A stretch of DNA of 64,000 bases, taken from an uncultured Bdellovibrionales bacterium (GTDB lineage Bacteria > Patescibacteriota > Minisyncoccia > Moranbacterales > GWC2-37-73). A model generated the notes under the pieces. The model saw nothing but the letters and a program-made list of their open reading frames with translations, made no database searches and had not been told where the DNA came from. Shown in pieces: positions 20,229 to 29,600 of the stretch. The position numbers and the translations under genes are program-made. How positions within the stretch are numbered: the stretch's first letter is position 1; the number at the start of each line of letters is the position of its first letter. The DNA is taken from positions 3,740 to 67,739 of the forward strand of contig CAZSTB010000004.1 of the NCBI GenBank assembly GCA_964609855.1. The letters run 5' to 3'.

Positions 20229-20454
20229 ATTTCAATATTCAAAGTTACTTGAGCCTTTTCCTTCTCCATCTGATTCGATCCAACTTATCCGTGGTGCGCT
20301 TCTGCAATTACCTTTCCAACATAAAGTCCAAGTCCTGTGCCGCCAACGTGAAGACGTGAAACGTCCTTGCTCGCCTCGATTCGACAAGACGTATCATTGA
20401 GTCGAAGCGGGTCGACGCGAGGCAGGCCGCGTGAGAATTTTTTGAAAAGATATG
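20229..20454 (-). pseudogene. Decayed histidine-kinase HATPase 3' fragment (tail B)
   Basis: Encodes remnants of YLFKKFSR|GKDVSRLHVGGTGLGLYVGK...ESDGEGKGS, matching the C-termini of 29601-31325 and 26545-28128. Frameshifted and interrupted by a 57-bp palindromic insert (20370-20426). Confidence 0.85.
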
Positions 20455-20490
20455 AAGCGTGATTATTATCAAAAGATATAGTAATTGATT

Positions 20491-21042
20491 TTATTCATAA
20501 GAGATGTTTCTTGTTTTTTTTAATATACTTGAAAAGAAAGCGTTATTTCCAAATATACGTAAAGCACATTCCTTAAAAATTTTGCCTTTGTATTTAAAAG
20601 AATTTATATAATTTCTAATCTCCAATCTCAATGCATCATCTCCATGCCTAAGCAATATACTTTCAGCTTCGCAGACCCGTACATTATGTTTGTATTTGCT
20701 GATCAAATCATTAGTGCGCCTTCCATGGTAGCTATTAGTAATAACAATGTTCGAATCGTTCAATGAAAAATTACTCACTATTTCCATAATTGCTGATATA
20801 TTCGACTCCGTGGTTGATGAACCGAGAATATGTGAAGGTAAATCTATAATTGAAAACCTCTCATAATATTGTTTCATATGCTCCGCCCCAGAAATATTTT
20901 TTTTAAATGACCCTCCAACAAAAAAAATATTTGAAACCTTGTAATTGCCAATATAAAGCAGAGCAGCTTTTATACGCAACTTTGCATCATAAGAAAGCTC
21001 TTTCATTGAACCATCGAAGTGATATAGCACGAAAATGTTCAT
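20491..21042 (-). CDS. YdcF/DUF218 (ElyC/SanA-like) protein
   Basis: FVGG, S.AE.M, STTESN, VITNSYH..R pattern. Confidence 0.7.
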   Translation of the reverse strand: MNIFVLYHFDGSMKELSYDAKLRIKAALLYIGNYKVSNIFFVGGSFKKNISGAEHMKQYYERFSIIDLPSHILGSSTTESNISAIMEIVSNFSLNDSNIVITNSYHGRRTNDLISKYKHNVRVCEAESILLRHGDDALRLEIRNYINSFKYKGKIFKECALRIFGNNAFFSSILKKTRNISYE

Positions 21043-21115
21043 AAATTAAATACTTTAAATAAAAAACGTGGTACCAAACATATGGTACCACGACTTGCAG
21101 TGCAGAAACAGTGTG

Positions 21116-22000
21116 TCATTTCGCGTTTTCTCTGTACCACGATATTGTATGCGTCATTCCCTCCTCCAAAGCAACGCACGGCTTCCACAACGTCAGCGCA
21201 CGTAGCGGCTCTATATCAGCAACGATTCTAGTGTATTCATCCTCTCCCGGACGCATCGCAATGTGCTGTATTTCCGATGCGCTTTCAGTCAAAGATATGA
21301 TCATTTTAGCTAGATCATCAGTCACTGTTTCCACACCACTACCAATTTCAAAAGTTTTTCCTTCGCATTGCGAGAAGTTTTCCATAATAGCAATAATTGC
21401 GGAAATAGCATCGTACACATAGATTAAATCCATTGTTTGCATTCCCGATCCATAAACAACAACGGGATCACCTTTGATGGCCGATACGATCCACGTAGGA
21501 ACAGCCTTTTTGTAGCCACTTTCTTCAAACAAAGGCTGACGGCCAGCATACACATTGAACCATTTAGCAATGACCGCTTCAAGACCGAATTCTTTGCGGT
21601 ACATTTCCACAAAATTCTCCATAGCAATTTTAGTAATTGTATACGGATTTATCCAACAATTCGGTTTGGATATTGCAATCAACTTTGCATTGAATTCACT
21701 ACAAGCCTCCATCACATTAACAGAACCGCCAATATTAACCTCTACAGCGCGACTAACATTGAACACAAGCTCGTTAGTCCCAAGCAAACCAGCCAGATGA
21801 ATCACCATATGACTTCCCCTGACTACATTTCTAACATCGATCGGATTTCTGATGTCACCAGAGACAAAACGAGCATCAACAAATGAACCCCAGCGTGGCT
21901 CTACTTGATCAAAGATGATAACATCATGACCAAGTCCGACAAGTTTATCAACGAGAAAACTACCTACAAATCCGCTTCCACCAGTGATAACAACTTTCAT
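21116..22000 (-). CDS. NAD-dependent epimerase/dehydratase
   Basis: TGGSGFVG, HLAG, YTITK (YxxxK), FNVY; strong AAGGAGG RBS. Confidence 0.92.
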   Translation of the reverse strand: MKVVITGGSGFVGSFLVDKLVGLGHDVIIFDQVEPRWGSFVDARFVSGDIRNPIDVRNVVRGSHMVIHLAGLLGTNELVFNVSRAVEVNIGGSVNVMEACSEFNAKLIAISKPNCWINPYTITKIAMENFVEMYRKEFGLEAVIAKWFNVYAGRQPLFEESGYKKAVPTWIVSAIKGDPVVVYGSGMQTMDLIYVYDAISAIIAIMENFSQCEGKTFEIGSGVETVTDDLAKMIISLTESASEIQHIAMRPGEDEYTRIVADIEPLRALTLWKPCVALEEGMTHTISWYRENAK

Positions 22001-22108
22001 GACATCCTCCTTGGATAATACTAGTAAAGAGCAATAAATAAACTTCCATGAATGCTAATAATATCTAAGCACATTAGTTCTATTTTTGCAAACAAAAAAG
22101 AAATTTAT

Positions 22109-22370
22109 TTACACTACGTGCTCCACAGGTATCTCAATAATAAATCTGCTTCCTAATCCGTTCGCCGTCGGATTCAACCCAGATTTACCTCAGAGTGAAT
22201 TTATTCTGCTTCCGGGGCTTGGCCGTGATGCGCTTCAGCAATAGCCTTGCCAACATAGAGTCCAAGACCTGTGCCACCTACGTGAAGACGTGATACGTCC
22301 TTTCACGTGAAAACTTTTTGAAAAGATATGGAATTTCTTCTCTTGGAATGCCGGTTCTTGTGTCGGAAAC
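22109..22370 (-). pseudogene. Decayed histidine-kinase HATPase 3' fragment (tail A)
   Basis: Encodes remnants of VSDT..GIPREEIPYLFKKFSR..DVSRLHVGGTGLGLYVGKAIAEAHHGQ..WVESDG..LGSRFIIEIPVEHVV*. Has frameshifts and a ~34-bp insert at ~22184-22217. Confidence 0.9.
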
Positions 22371-22411
22371 GCACCTTAACTCCCTAGAAAGGTGGTGATT
22401 CGTGGGAGGAA
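22370..22411. repeat. ~38-bp repeat, copy 1 (also 22582-22622 degenerate and 26001-26037)
   Basis: CGCACCTTAACTCCCTAGAAAGGTGGTGATTCGTGGGAG versus CGCACCTTAACACCCTAGAAGAGGTGACTCGTGGGAG. Confidence 0.85.
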
Positions 22412-22622
22412 ATGAAGCTATTGCCATAATTTGCTTTATTTAAAGTAAAAATTTTATTCATTTACTCTCCAGAAATACTCCGTGATGAGTTAACTAACAC
22501 AATTTATTAACTTTTATACTTAGATAATTACCGTTTACATACAATATCTTAGCATATTAGTTAAAAAAAGCAGGCTCTTATGCATACTTATCCCTCAACT
22601 AGGAAGCGATTCGTGGGAGGAA

Positions 22623-23159
22623 TTAGAGCAAATTTAAATAATCCAACCCAAGATACCCAACTTCGACATCTGAGCTCTTTCCACTTCTAAGCAATTCTCT
22701 AAATTCTGAAATTGACATTAGCACAACCTCCGTGAATTCATTTTCCTCAAGTTTTTGTTCGGAAACTTTCTCACAATCAGTAACTACAACGCAATTTTTT
22801 TTCATCGTAGAATAACCATCGCCAATAATAGATGTTACAAATTCTGCGTTTCCCTTATACCCAGTCTCCTCCAAAAGCTCTCTTTCTGCCGCTTGCTTTG
22901 GAGTCTCGCCTTTGTCGACATAACCGCCAGGCAATTCGATAAGAATTTCTTTCGGTCCTGGTCTAAATTGCTTAACGAGAACGATTTGTTTATCTTTCGT
23001 TATCGCCAAAGTAGCCACAAAAACACTTTCTTTCTTTATATAGAAATCATTTACTTCCCCATTTGGCAATTTGAAGTCAACTTTTTCAATGCCTCTCCCA
23101 TATTTACTAAAAATTTCCTCTCGGGAAATTTCTTCCCATTCTTCTATTTCATTTAACAT
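22623..23159 (-). CDS. Nudix hydrolase (ADP-ribose pyrophosphatase-like)
   Basis: LVKQFRP...ELPGG...GE....AAERELLEETG Nudix box. Confidence 0.93.
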   Translation of the reverse strand: MLNEIEEWEEISREEIFSKYGRGIEKVDFKLPNGEVNDFYIKKESVFVATLAITKDKQIVLVKQFRPGPKEILIELPGGYVDKGETPKQAAERELLEETGYKGNAEFVTSIIGDGYSTMKKNCVVVTDCEKVSEQKLEENEFTEVVLMSISEFRELLRSGKSSDVEVGYLGLDYLNLL

Positions 23160-23258
23160 ATTATATTTTTTAATCTAATAAAAACAAGGTGAATTAATTT
23201 ATAATCCACCTTGATGCTAACACAGTTCGCACTTTTAATCAACAAACGTTGATAGCTA

Positions 23259-24431
23259 TTAAAAGAAATTATCATTAGAAACACCCAAATTAAATGGTCT
23301 ATCAAGATATTTCTTTACAATCTTGTTGTGCTCCCAATTTCTGCAGAATAACGAATTGCAGCACTCACTCCTCATTTTGCGAAAATTATTGATTGCATTA
23401 CTATCGCAATTTGGCAAATCCGCAATTTGGCAAATCGATAATTCATGCAATCTGTATTCGGCTAAGGTTAAGCAGGGATACATATAGCCGTCTGGAGCTA
23501 TCAACTGATAAGCAAGACATACGGAACATTCATCTAGACTTTCAACAAAAACATTACTGGGATTAGTGATATTAATAAGCCTGTTTAAACCACCATTGAT
23601 TAATTGAGAAAACAGACCCATATTACTCTTTCTCCTAAGAAAATATTCGAGACCTTCGCACCCCCTGAATTCATCTTTCATGTTACCCAAAAGAACAATT
23701 AATTGCTCTTTATCAGGTAAAAAATTGATATTTTCCTCATGAAGCGCTTGTGTCAATTGCGTCGGGCGAGACATCAAGAAGGCAGGTTTGAATTGGATGT
23801 GCATCCTTTCAAGAGCTCTGTTATCATCCTTATATCTCAAATACACTTCTCTTATGAAAGGAATGATATCCGACATATTCTTTCTATGGAAAAGAAAGTG
23901 CACCCCAACATGAGGAATCTCTACACAATGCTTCAGGTAGAATTCGATATTACCTAAAACTTTCCAGTATAATTCAGCGTTCCTCCCAGAGTATTTTCCA
24001 TCCTCAATTGAATATACTGAAACCCTAACCCAATCAATGCATTTTCGCCATAAACCATCGGGAATTATTACCCCGTTAGTTATTAAGCCGATTTTAACAT
24101 TTGGGATTTTTGCGAGCTTTAGAACAGCATTATCGAATTTTGGATAAAGAGTAGGTTCGCCACCGCCAGCAATCGTTATCACTTTTGGCTTTATGAATCT
24201 AGCGATATTATCCAACAACTCAAAAGGGATTTCTTTGTCGCCTAATCCACGGAAATGACAGCCTGAACAATTTAAGCAACATTTATCAGTAAGTTGCAAC
24301 TCGATATGTCCAGATTGACATAGCAAACCTCTATTTGCATCTGGTGAATCCAAGGAGATTCTCTTTTTTCTAATTAATTCCAGATGATTTAAGATTCGAT
24401 TTTTATCAGTTGCAACATTCGCATAGACCAT
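23259..24431 (-). CDS. Radical SAM protein with Cys-rich C-terminal (SPASM/twitch-like) region
   Basis: CCLNCSGC (CxxxCxxC), GGGEP, ITNG; C-terminal CSVC..YPC..CCNSLFC. Confidence 0.9.
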   Translation of the reverse strand: MVYANVATDKNRILNHLELIRKKRISLDSPDANRGLLCQSGHIELQLTDKCCLNCSGCHFRGLGDKEIPFELLDNIARFIKPKVITIAGGGEPTLYPKFDNAVLKLAKIPNVKIGLITNGVIIPDGLWRKCIDWVRVSVYSIEDGKYSGRNAELYWKVLGNIEFYLKHCVEIPHVGVHFLFHRKNMSDIIPFIREVYLRYKDDNRALERMHIQFKPAFLMSRPTQLTQALHEENINFLPDKEQLIVLLGNMKDEFRGCEGLEYFLRRKSNMGLFSQLINGGLNRLINITNPSNVFVESLDECSVCLAYQLIAPDGYMYPCLTLAEYRLHELSICQIADLPNCDSNAINNFRKMRSECCNSLFCRNWEHNKIVKKYLDRPFNLGVSNDNFF

Positions 24432-24462
24432 TGTAATCTCCTTGTACCCATATTATTCAGGG

Positions 24463-25662
24463 TCAGATAAAGTTAATAGACATATTGTCTTCGCATAAAA
24501 CCTTCTCGTAAATTTCATTATGAGGAGAATATGTGCACCTTGGACAGCTACTTAAATCAAGTTTATCGTACATCTTCCAATGGTTGTCATTCCCCCATAC
24601 ATTAAGAATATCCCCAATATTTCTTAGATTATGGGAAAGTTCTAACATCGAATCACCCCTCCTGTCACAGCATTGACAAAGCGTGAAAGAATCAGGATAG
24701 TCCCCAGAGTCAGGTGGTGAAAAAACAGTCGTCATAAACAATGCATGACACTTAACGAAATTGTTCTTTTTATCGAAGTCAGGCGTGAACTTATGAGTAA
24801 CTCCGTATATGGAAAAATTTTCATCTTCCATTTCCCTCGCCACTCTCAATTTATCATAAAACATCGAAATCGTTTTATCATCAAAGGAGATGTTCCCTTT
24901 CGAATACCATGGTTTGCCAACAGGTCTGATATGAATACTTTTACATCCAATTGCTTTAGCCAATTTCGTAGCCACATCAATCTCATGGACATTTCTTTCA
25001 TGAACAAGAAATTTATAGGTCACGCCAAACGACAATGGTTTTTGAGCTAAATTTGTAGAATATTTATGAGAATACTCTACTAGCTTTTGCATGTTTTTAA
25101 TGACTCTATCAAATTCAGATAAAGACACTCCTTTCAAGCCAGCAAACGTATTTGCCGCACCACTATCGACTGAAACAGAAACCCAATGACATCTGGACAA
25201 GGATTCGATAAAATCGCCAATATGGCTTCCATTGGTTACAACACCAACATCAATATCTCTATCAACAAGATTATCTATGAAGAACCCTGTTTCACTGTTC
25301 AGAAGAGGCTCGCCTCCTCCAGCTATACAAACAGCTTTCACTCCATATTTATTTCCTTTGCATTTCCAATCGCCCAATGCTTTAGCAATTTCTTCCAGAG
25401 CAACTCTGGAAAGCCGTTGCCTTGATTTTTTATTAATAATAGCTTTGGAATTACACCAAATACAATCATAGTTACATTCATTGGTTGGGTCGACAGTCAC
25501 TAAAACTGGCGGGGGGATTATTCCACCTCTTTCGATAGAACGCCAACGTTCTAAATGAGCTATTACTTTCAAGCTGTTAAAAGGATTAAAAAACCTACCA
25601 AAGCTCCATTCTCCCTCTGTTTTATTGGCTAAGTCTTGACTTTCTTTTTCTGAATGTTTCAT
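24463..25662 (-). CDS. Radical SAM protein with Cys-rich C-terminal region
   Basis: CNYDCIWC, GGGEP, VTNG; C-terminal C..CCDRRG..CPRC. Confidence 0.92.
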   Translation of the reverse strand: MKHSEKESQDLANKTEGEWSFGRFFNPFNSLKVIAHLERWRSIERGGIIPPPVLVTVDPTNECNYDCIWCNSKAIINKKSRQRLSRVALEEIAKALGDWKCKGNKYGVKAVCIAGGGEPLLNSETGFFIDNLVDRDIDVGVVTNGSHIGDFIESLSRCHWVSVSVDSGAANTFAGLKGVSLSEFDRVIKNMQKLVEYSHKYSTNLAQKPLSFGVTYKFLVHERNVHEIDVATKLAKAIGCKSIHIRPVGKPWYSKGNISFDDKTISMFYDKLRVAREMEDENFSIYGVTHKFTPDFDKKNNFVKCHALFMTTVFSPPDSGDYPDSFTLCQCCDRRGDSMLELSHNLRNIGDILNVWGNDNHWKMYDKLDLSSCPRCTYSPHNEIYEKVLCEDNMSINFI

Positions 25663-25819
25663 TTTTCACCTCACTTTGATTTTTATGAGAGACTCATTTT
25701 TGAACTGCTATTCATTTTTTAAGGGACATCAAAGAATAACACAATAAATCCGAAAGTCAATGTTACGCTTTTTCGCCAAAACAAAAAACACCTCGCGAAA
25801 AAGTGTTTTCATGCCTACA

Positions 25820-25866
25820 GCCCGCCTCGTGTCGACAAGCGAATGTCTTCGCGAGTCGAGGCGGGC
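25820..25866. repeat. CCCGCCTCG...CGAGGCGGG palindromic element
   Basis: 10-bp inverted ends; related to 20370-20426, 39756-39794, ~43390 and ~50297. Confidence 0.75.
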
Positions 25867-26080
25867 AATACAAAAAGCAAGCTAATCGTAAGCTATTGTG
25901 ACTAGTCCTAATGGTATGTTTATAAGAAGTTTTTTGGTTTTACTCTGATAAATCAGAGTAAACGACCCCTAGAATTTGGTCAATGTCCGAAGACATCAAC
26001 CGCACCTTAACACCCTAGAAGAGGTGACTCGTGGGAGATTGGGAAATAACTAAATCAATGCACAAACACCATCCAATTCT

Positions 26081-26536
26081 TTAAAAAGAAGGTGCATTGT
26101 AACCATATAATTCAATATATTTTAGAAAATTTGACCTGCTTGCTAGTGATAAATCTTCAGGATTAATTTCAGACAATTCAATCCACCTAACCTCATCACA
26201 TTTACCAGGCTCCATTGTTTTTGCTTCGCCAGAAATGTGTTTTGCAATGTACGTTGTTGTCACCCAGTGTTGTCCCTCTTCTTCTATTATATGATCAACA
26301 ATTTCAAGAAGTTTTAGGATTTCTATTTCGATATCATTTTCTTCTCTTACTTCCCTTTTTATAGCATCTTCCAATTTCTCACCAAAATCAACTCCACCAC
26401 CAGGAAACTCCCAAAGCCCTCTTTCATTTCTAGCCAAGTTTCCTCTTTTTGATACTATAACTTTTCTTTCATCATTGAAGACTATCGCTCCAACGCCCAC
26501 GCCTATATAGTCTTTGCCTTTTTTCATATTTTTCAT
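26081..26536 (-). CDS. Nudix hydrolase (MutT-like)
   Basis: GVGVGA, WEFPGGGVDFGE....AIKREVREE. Confidence 0.92.
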   Translation of the reverse strand: MKNMKKGKDYIGVGVGAIVFNDERKVIVSKRGNLARNERGLWEFPGGGVDFGEKLEDAIKREVREENDIEIEILKLLEIVDHIIEEEGQHWVTTTYIAKHISGEAKTMEPGKCDEVRWIELSEINPEDLSLASRSNFLKYIELYGYNAPSF

Positions 26537-26544
26537 AAATTTGT

Positions 26545-28128
26545 TTAATCCACATGCTCAACTGGAATTTCAATAATAAATCTTGAGCCTTTTCCTTCTC
26601 CGTCTGATTCAACCCACATTTTACCATGATTAGCTTCAACTACTTTCTTGCCGAAATATAATCCGAGTCCGGTTCCGGTGGATGTTAATCTTTTCTGATT
26701 ACTTCCACGTGAGAATTTACCAAATATATTTCCCAGATCTTCTTTCGGAATACCAATTCCAGTGTCAGAAACAGTTATGCGCACCGCCTTAGCTTGCAGC
26801 TTAGCGCTGACAATGACACTCCCCGCTTTCGTGTATTTTAGAGAGTTATCAACAAGATTAGAAACGGCTTCAAAAATCTTACCTCGGTCTATCGAGACTA
26901 GTGGCAATGATTTTTTAGGAAGCTCAAGTGATAACTTTAAGTCCTTCTCCTTAGCTGAAAGTTCGAATGAATCAACAATTTCCTTTAAGATATTTTCAAT
27001 TTTCTCATTTTTAAATTCGAAAACCATTCTTCCAGATTCAATTCTCGAAATATTCAAAAGATCTTCAACCAAATGAAGCAGTCGATTGTTAGCATTGCTG
27101 ATTCTATCCAAAGGATGCTTTAATTCCTCAGGAATTACTCCATAATTTCCCTCAGAGATGAGTGATAAAAACCCTTTCGAGGTAGTTAACGGTGTCCTTA
27201 ATTGATGAGATGCGATTGAGATAAATTCCGATTTCGCTTCATCAAGTTTTCGAAGTTGCGCATTGGCAATTTCAAGTTCTTCTTTTCTCAATACTTCTTC
27301 CCTAACAGATTTTATCAAAAGGTAACCGAATATAATCGAAAATACAAGCATCACGATTGCCGCGGAAAACTCATAAAATCCCTTTGTTATGAATATTTCT
27401 ATAGTTAAGAATATCCAAAGTGAAAAGGTAAATAATTCTGTTGTAATTATTTTTACATTTAAAAAATGGTATTTCAATATCGCCAAGAAAATAATAAATC
27501 CAAATACTGAGGTATACACTGGAGCTAAAATTGTAAGGTAAAAAATTCCCAACAATGGTAAAATCAAGTTTGTTCCAATAGCTAACAATAAAAAAATGGA
27601 AATTCCCAACAGAAGAAGCTGCATGGAATTTTTTATTTCAGAATTTTTTTCAAAATAATACTTAGTAGAGATACGTATAGCAGCATACGCAAGAGTTCCT
27701 AGCATATATATACTATAAACCAACATACCCCAACCGAATTCCAAATCAACAATTCCATCATTCGGTATAATTTTTTTTATCAACACTGGACTTAAGCTAA
27801 TAGCTAAAACAAAGATAAATAGAATTGCGATAATAGATTTCCACACGCTCTGCATTCGCTGATCTTCAGGGAATGTTTTTGCAAACATCGCTAATCCAGT
27901 GCCAAATATCGCAGTAAAGAAAAAAATTAATTTATTAATCCAAGTAAGTGCATTTATTGAATATTCAAGATTAGAGTAATAATTAGCGATTATCCAACCC
28001 GAGAGACCAATAATTGACCAAAAGAGATATCTTCCCGATAGTGATTTTCTTAAATGAATAGCAATTAAAACTAGTAATAAAAAATTAGCAAAAACACTTA
28101 CTAATAAAGTAATGAACTGTCCATTCAT
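26545..28128 (-). CDS. Membrane sensor histidine kinase (HK2), multi-TM input
   Basis: About 7-9 TM helices, then ASHQLRTPLT (H-box), NLVDNSLKY, DTGIGI, GTGLGL. Confidence 0.95.
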   Translation of the reverse strand: MNGQFITLLVSVFANFLLLVLIAIHLRKSLSGRYLFWSIIGLSGWIIANYYSNLEYSINALTWINKLIFFFTAIFGTGLAMFAKTFPEDQRMQSVWKSIIAILFIFVLAISLSPVLIKKIIPNDGIVDLEFGWGMLVYSIYMLGTLAYAAIRISTKYYFEKNSEIKNSMQLLLLGISIFLLLAIGTNLILPLLGIFYLTILAPVYTSVFGFIIFLAILKYHFLNVKIITTELFTFSLWIFLTIEIFITKGFYEFSAAIVMLVFSIIFGYLLIKSVREEVLRKEELEIANAQLRKLDEAKSEFISIASHQLRTPLTTSKGFLSLISEGNYGVIPEELKHPLDRISNANNRLLHLVEDLLNISRIESGRMVFEFKNEKIENILKEIVDSFELSAKEKDLKLSLELPKKSLPLVSIDRGKIFEAVSNLVDNSLKYTKAGSVIVSAKLQAKAVRITVSDTGIGIPKEDLGNIFGKFSRGSNQKRLTSTGTGLGLYFGKKVVEANHGKMWVESDGEGKGSRFIIEIPVEHVD

Positions 28129-28176
28129 AATTAAATAATCATTATTAACTTATATCCTCATCTAATTATATTTTAA

Positions 28177-28210
28177 AGCGCACGTCATGGCAATGCATGA
28201 CGTGCGCTTA
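28177..28210. terminator. Hairpin after the acyltransferase gene
   Basis: AAGCGCACGTCATG-GCAATG-CATGACGTGCGCTT. Confidence 0.65.
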
Positions 28211-28213
28211 TCA

Positions 28214-28828
28214 TCAGGAAATCAACATCTCATAAAAAGCATTCTGCTTCTTCTCGAAAGATGCCATCTGTTCATCCATATTGAGAACACAAAGTACCGT
28301 TGATGAACCCATGTAAAACATGGGGTTCCCAATGCGGTGAATCCGCCAACCGACCATATCCATAACCCGCAGAGCTCTTGCATCAATGGCAATCAGCCAG
28401 TGTTTAATATGATTGTTGAGACTGTAGAGAAGGCTTGTTTTATAAATTCCCCAGGAAACTTTCTTGTCATTATTTCCTTTTCCCACAGCCAAAGCGCCAA
28501 CAACAACAGACTTTCCGGACTCAAATTTACTTATATGTTCTAACGCGCACTCCTTTAATTGACCATCCCACAATGTAAGGAGCTCATTCGCGCAAACGAT
28601 TGGCGAAAACTTCAACGTCCCTAACACATTATCATCACAATATGCGACAACGTACTCGTCTTCCTTGTGATTGTCAGGAATGATTCGATCAGGATATGCA
28701 TTCTCAATATATCCCAAATCTAAATAAACATCGTGCCTCAATTTTTGGGCCATCTCTCCTAATGTACCAGCTTGAGTGACAAAATATCTTACACCTTGAA
28801 AACTACTCATCTCTTGAGCCGTGTTCAT
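28214..28828 (-). CDS. GNAT-fold acyltransferase, N-acyl amino acid synthase (FeeM)/LuxI-like
   Basis: KLRHDVY...GY, GTLKF, W...ID...L.....GW....IG.P..YMG pattern. ATGA overlap with the ThiF gene. Confidence 0.65.
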   Translation of the reverse strand: MNTAQEMSSFQGVRYFVTQAGTLGEMAQKLRHDVYLDLGYIENAYPDRIIPDNHKEDEYVVAYCDDNVLGTLKFSPIVCANELLTLWDGQLKECALEHISKFESGKSVVVGALAVGKGNNDKKVSWGIYKTSLLYSLNNHIKHWLIAIDARALRVMDMVGWRIHRIGNPMFYMGSSTVLCVLNMDEQMASFEKKQNAFYEMLIS

Positions 28829-29592
28829 AATCCCCCCTTTTTGATTGTAAAGTCATAAGTATCAAAGAACAATATATTTGGAACAGTTACGGGTTTTTCA
28901 TTTCTGATCACAAATGAAATAACCTGACTGGAAACCATTGCTGCAACCAATGCAACCGAGGAGGAAATGCTTGGCATTGACATTTCGCCACCCAAAACTT
29001 TCTCGAGCATCTCATTTGAGATATATGCAGGAACCTCTGGCATATATTTCATTGCATCGATACTACTATCATTTTCATTATATTCAAAATATTCTTCAAA
29101 TGTCATTCCACTAGGATCAAAACAAAGAGTGCTTGAACCCCATCCAATATTAGCACCCATAAAAACAAATTTATTCTGGATTCTTGCTTCTTTCGCCAAC
29201 ATTACAGATATTTCAGGCACTGAATATTCAATTTCATCAATAATTATGTCAGAGTAATTCACAAACTCTTTTACATTCTCTTCGGTGATGCCCTGATTAA
29301 AAACCACCACCTTAATGTCTGGATTAATTTTTCGCAGCTCCTGAGCAACAACTTCTGCTTTATTCTTACCCAATGTTTCAGAATTTGAACCAAACTGCCT
29401 ATTTATATTTTGTACTTCAAAAAACTCAGGGTCTGCTAAGATTATCGTTCCAACTCCAAAACGAGCAAGTCTTTCAGCCAGAAGACCACCATCCCCACCC
29501 GCACCAGCAATTGATATTGAAAGTTTTGATATTTTTTCTTGCTGCCATTCAGTAACGAAACCTATATTTCTTTCAAATAGTTTATTTTTCAT
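28825..29592 (-). CDS. ThiF/MoeB-family adenylyltransferase
   Basis: IAGAGGDG, LADPE.FE..NINRQ, GKNKAEV; no Zn-binding CxxC pairs. Confidence 0.9.
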   Translation of the reverse strand: MKNKLFERNIGFVTEWQQEKISKLSISIAGAGGDGGLLAERLARFGVGTIILADPEFFEVQNINRQFGSNSETLGKNKAEVVAQELRKINPDIKVVVFNQGITEENVKEFVNYSDIIIDEIEYSVPEISVMLAKEARIQNKFVFMGANIGWGSSTLCFDPSGMTFEEYFEYNENDSSIDAMKYMPEVPAYISNEMLEKVLGGEMSMPSISSSVALVAAMVSSQVISFVIRNEKPVTVPNILFFDTYDFTIKKGGL

Positions 29593-29600
29593 AAATTTGT

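Noticed and set aside
22301-22312. parS-like TTTCACGTGAAA
   Set aside because: Matches only the central 12 of 16 bp and is explained as decayed kinase FSR codons in tail A.
20229-22370. Kinase tails as diversity-generating retroelement TR/VR pairs
   Set aside because: Differences are not adenine-specific, include indels, and no reverse transcriptase is in the window.
22370-26037. The 38-bp repeat as a canonical attC or CRISPR repeat
   Set aside because: No RYYYAAC/GTTRRRY pair with a long imperfect stem, irregular spacing, and no intI or cas genes. Kept only as an unexplained repeat.
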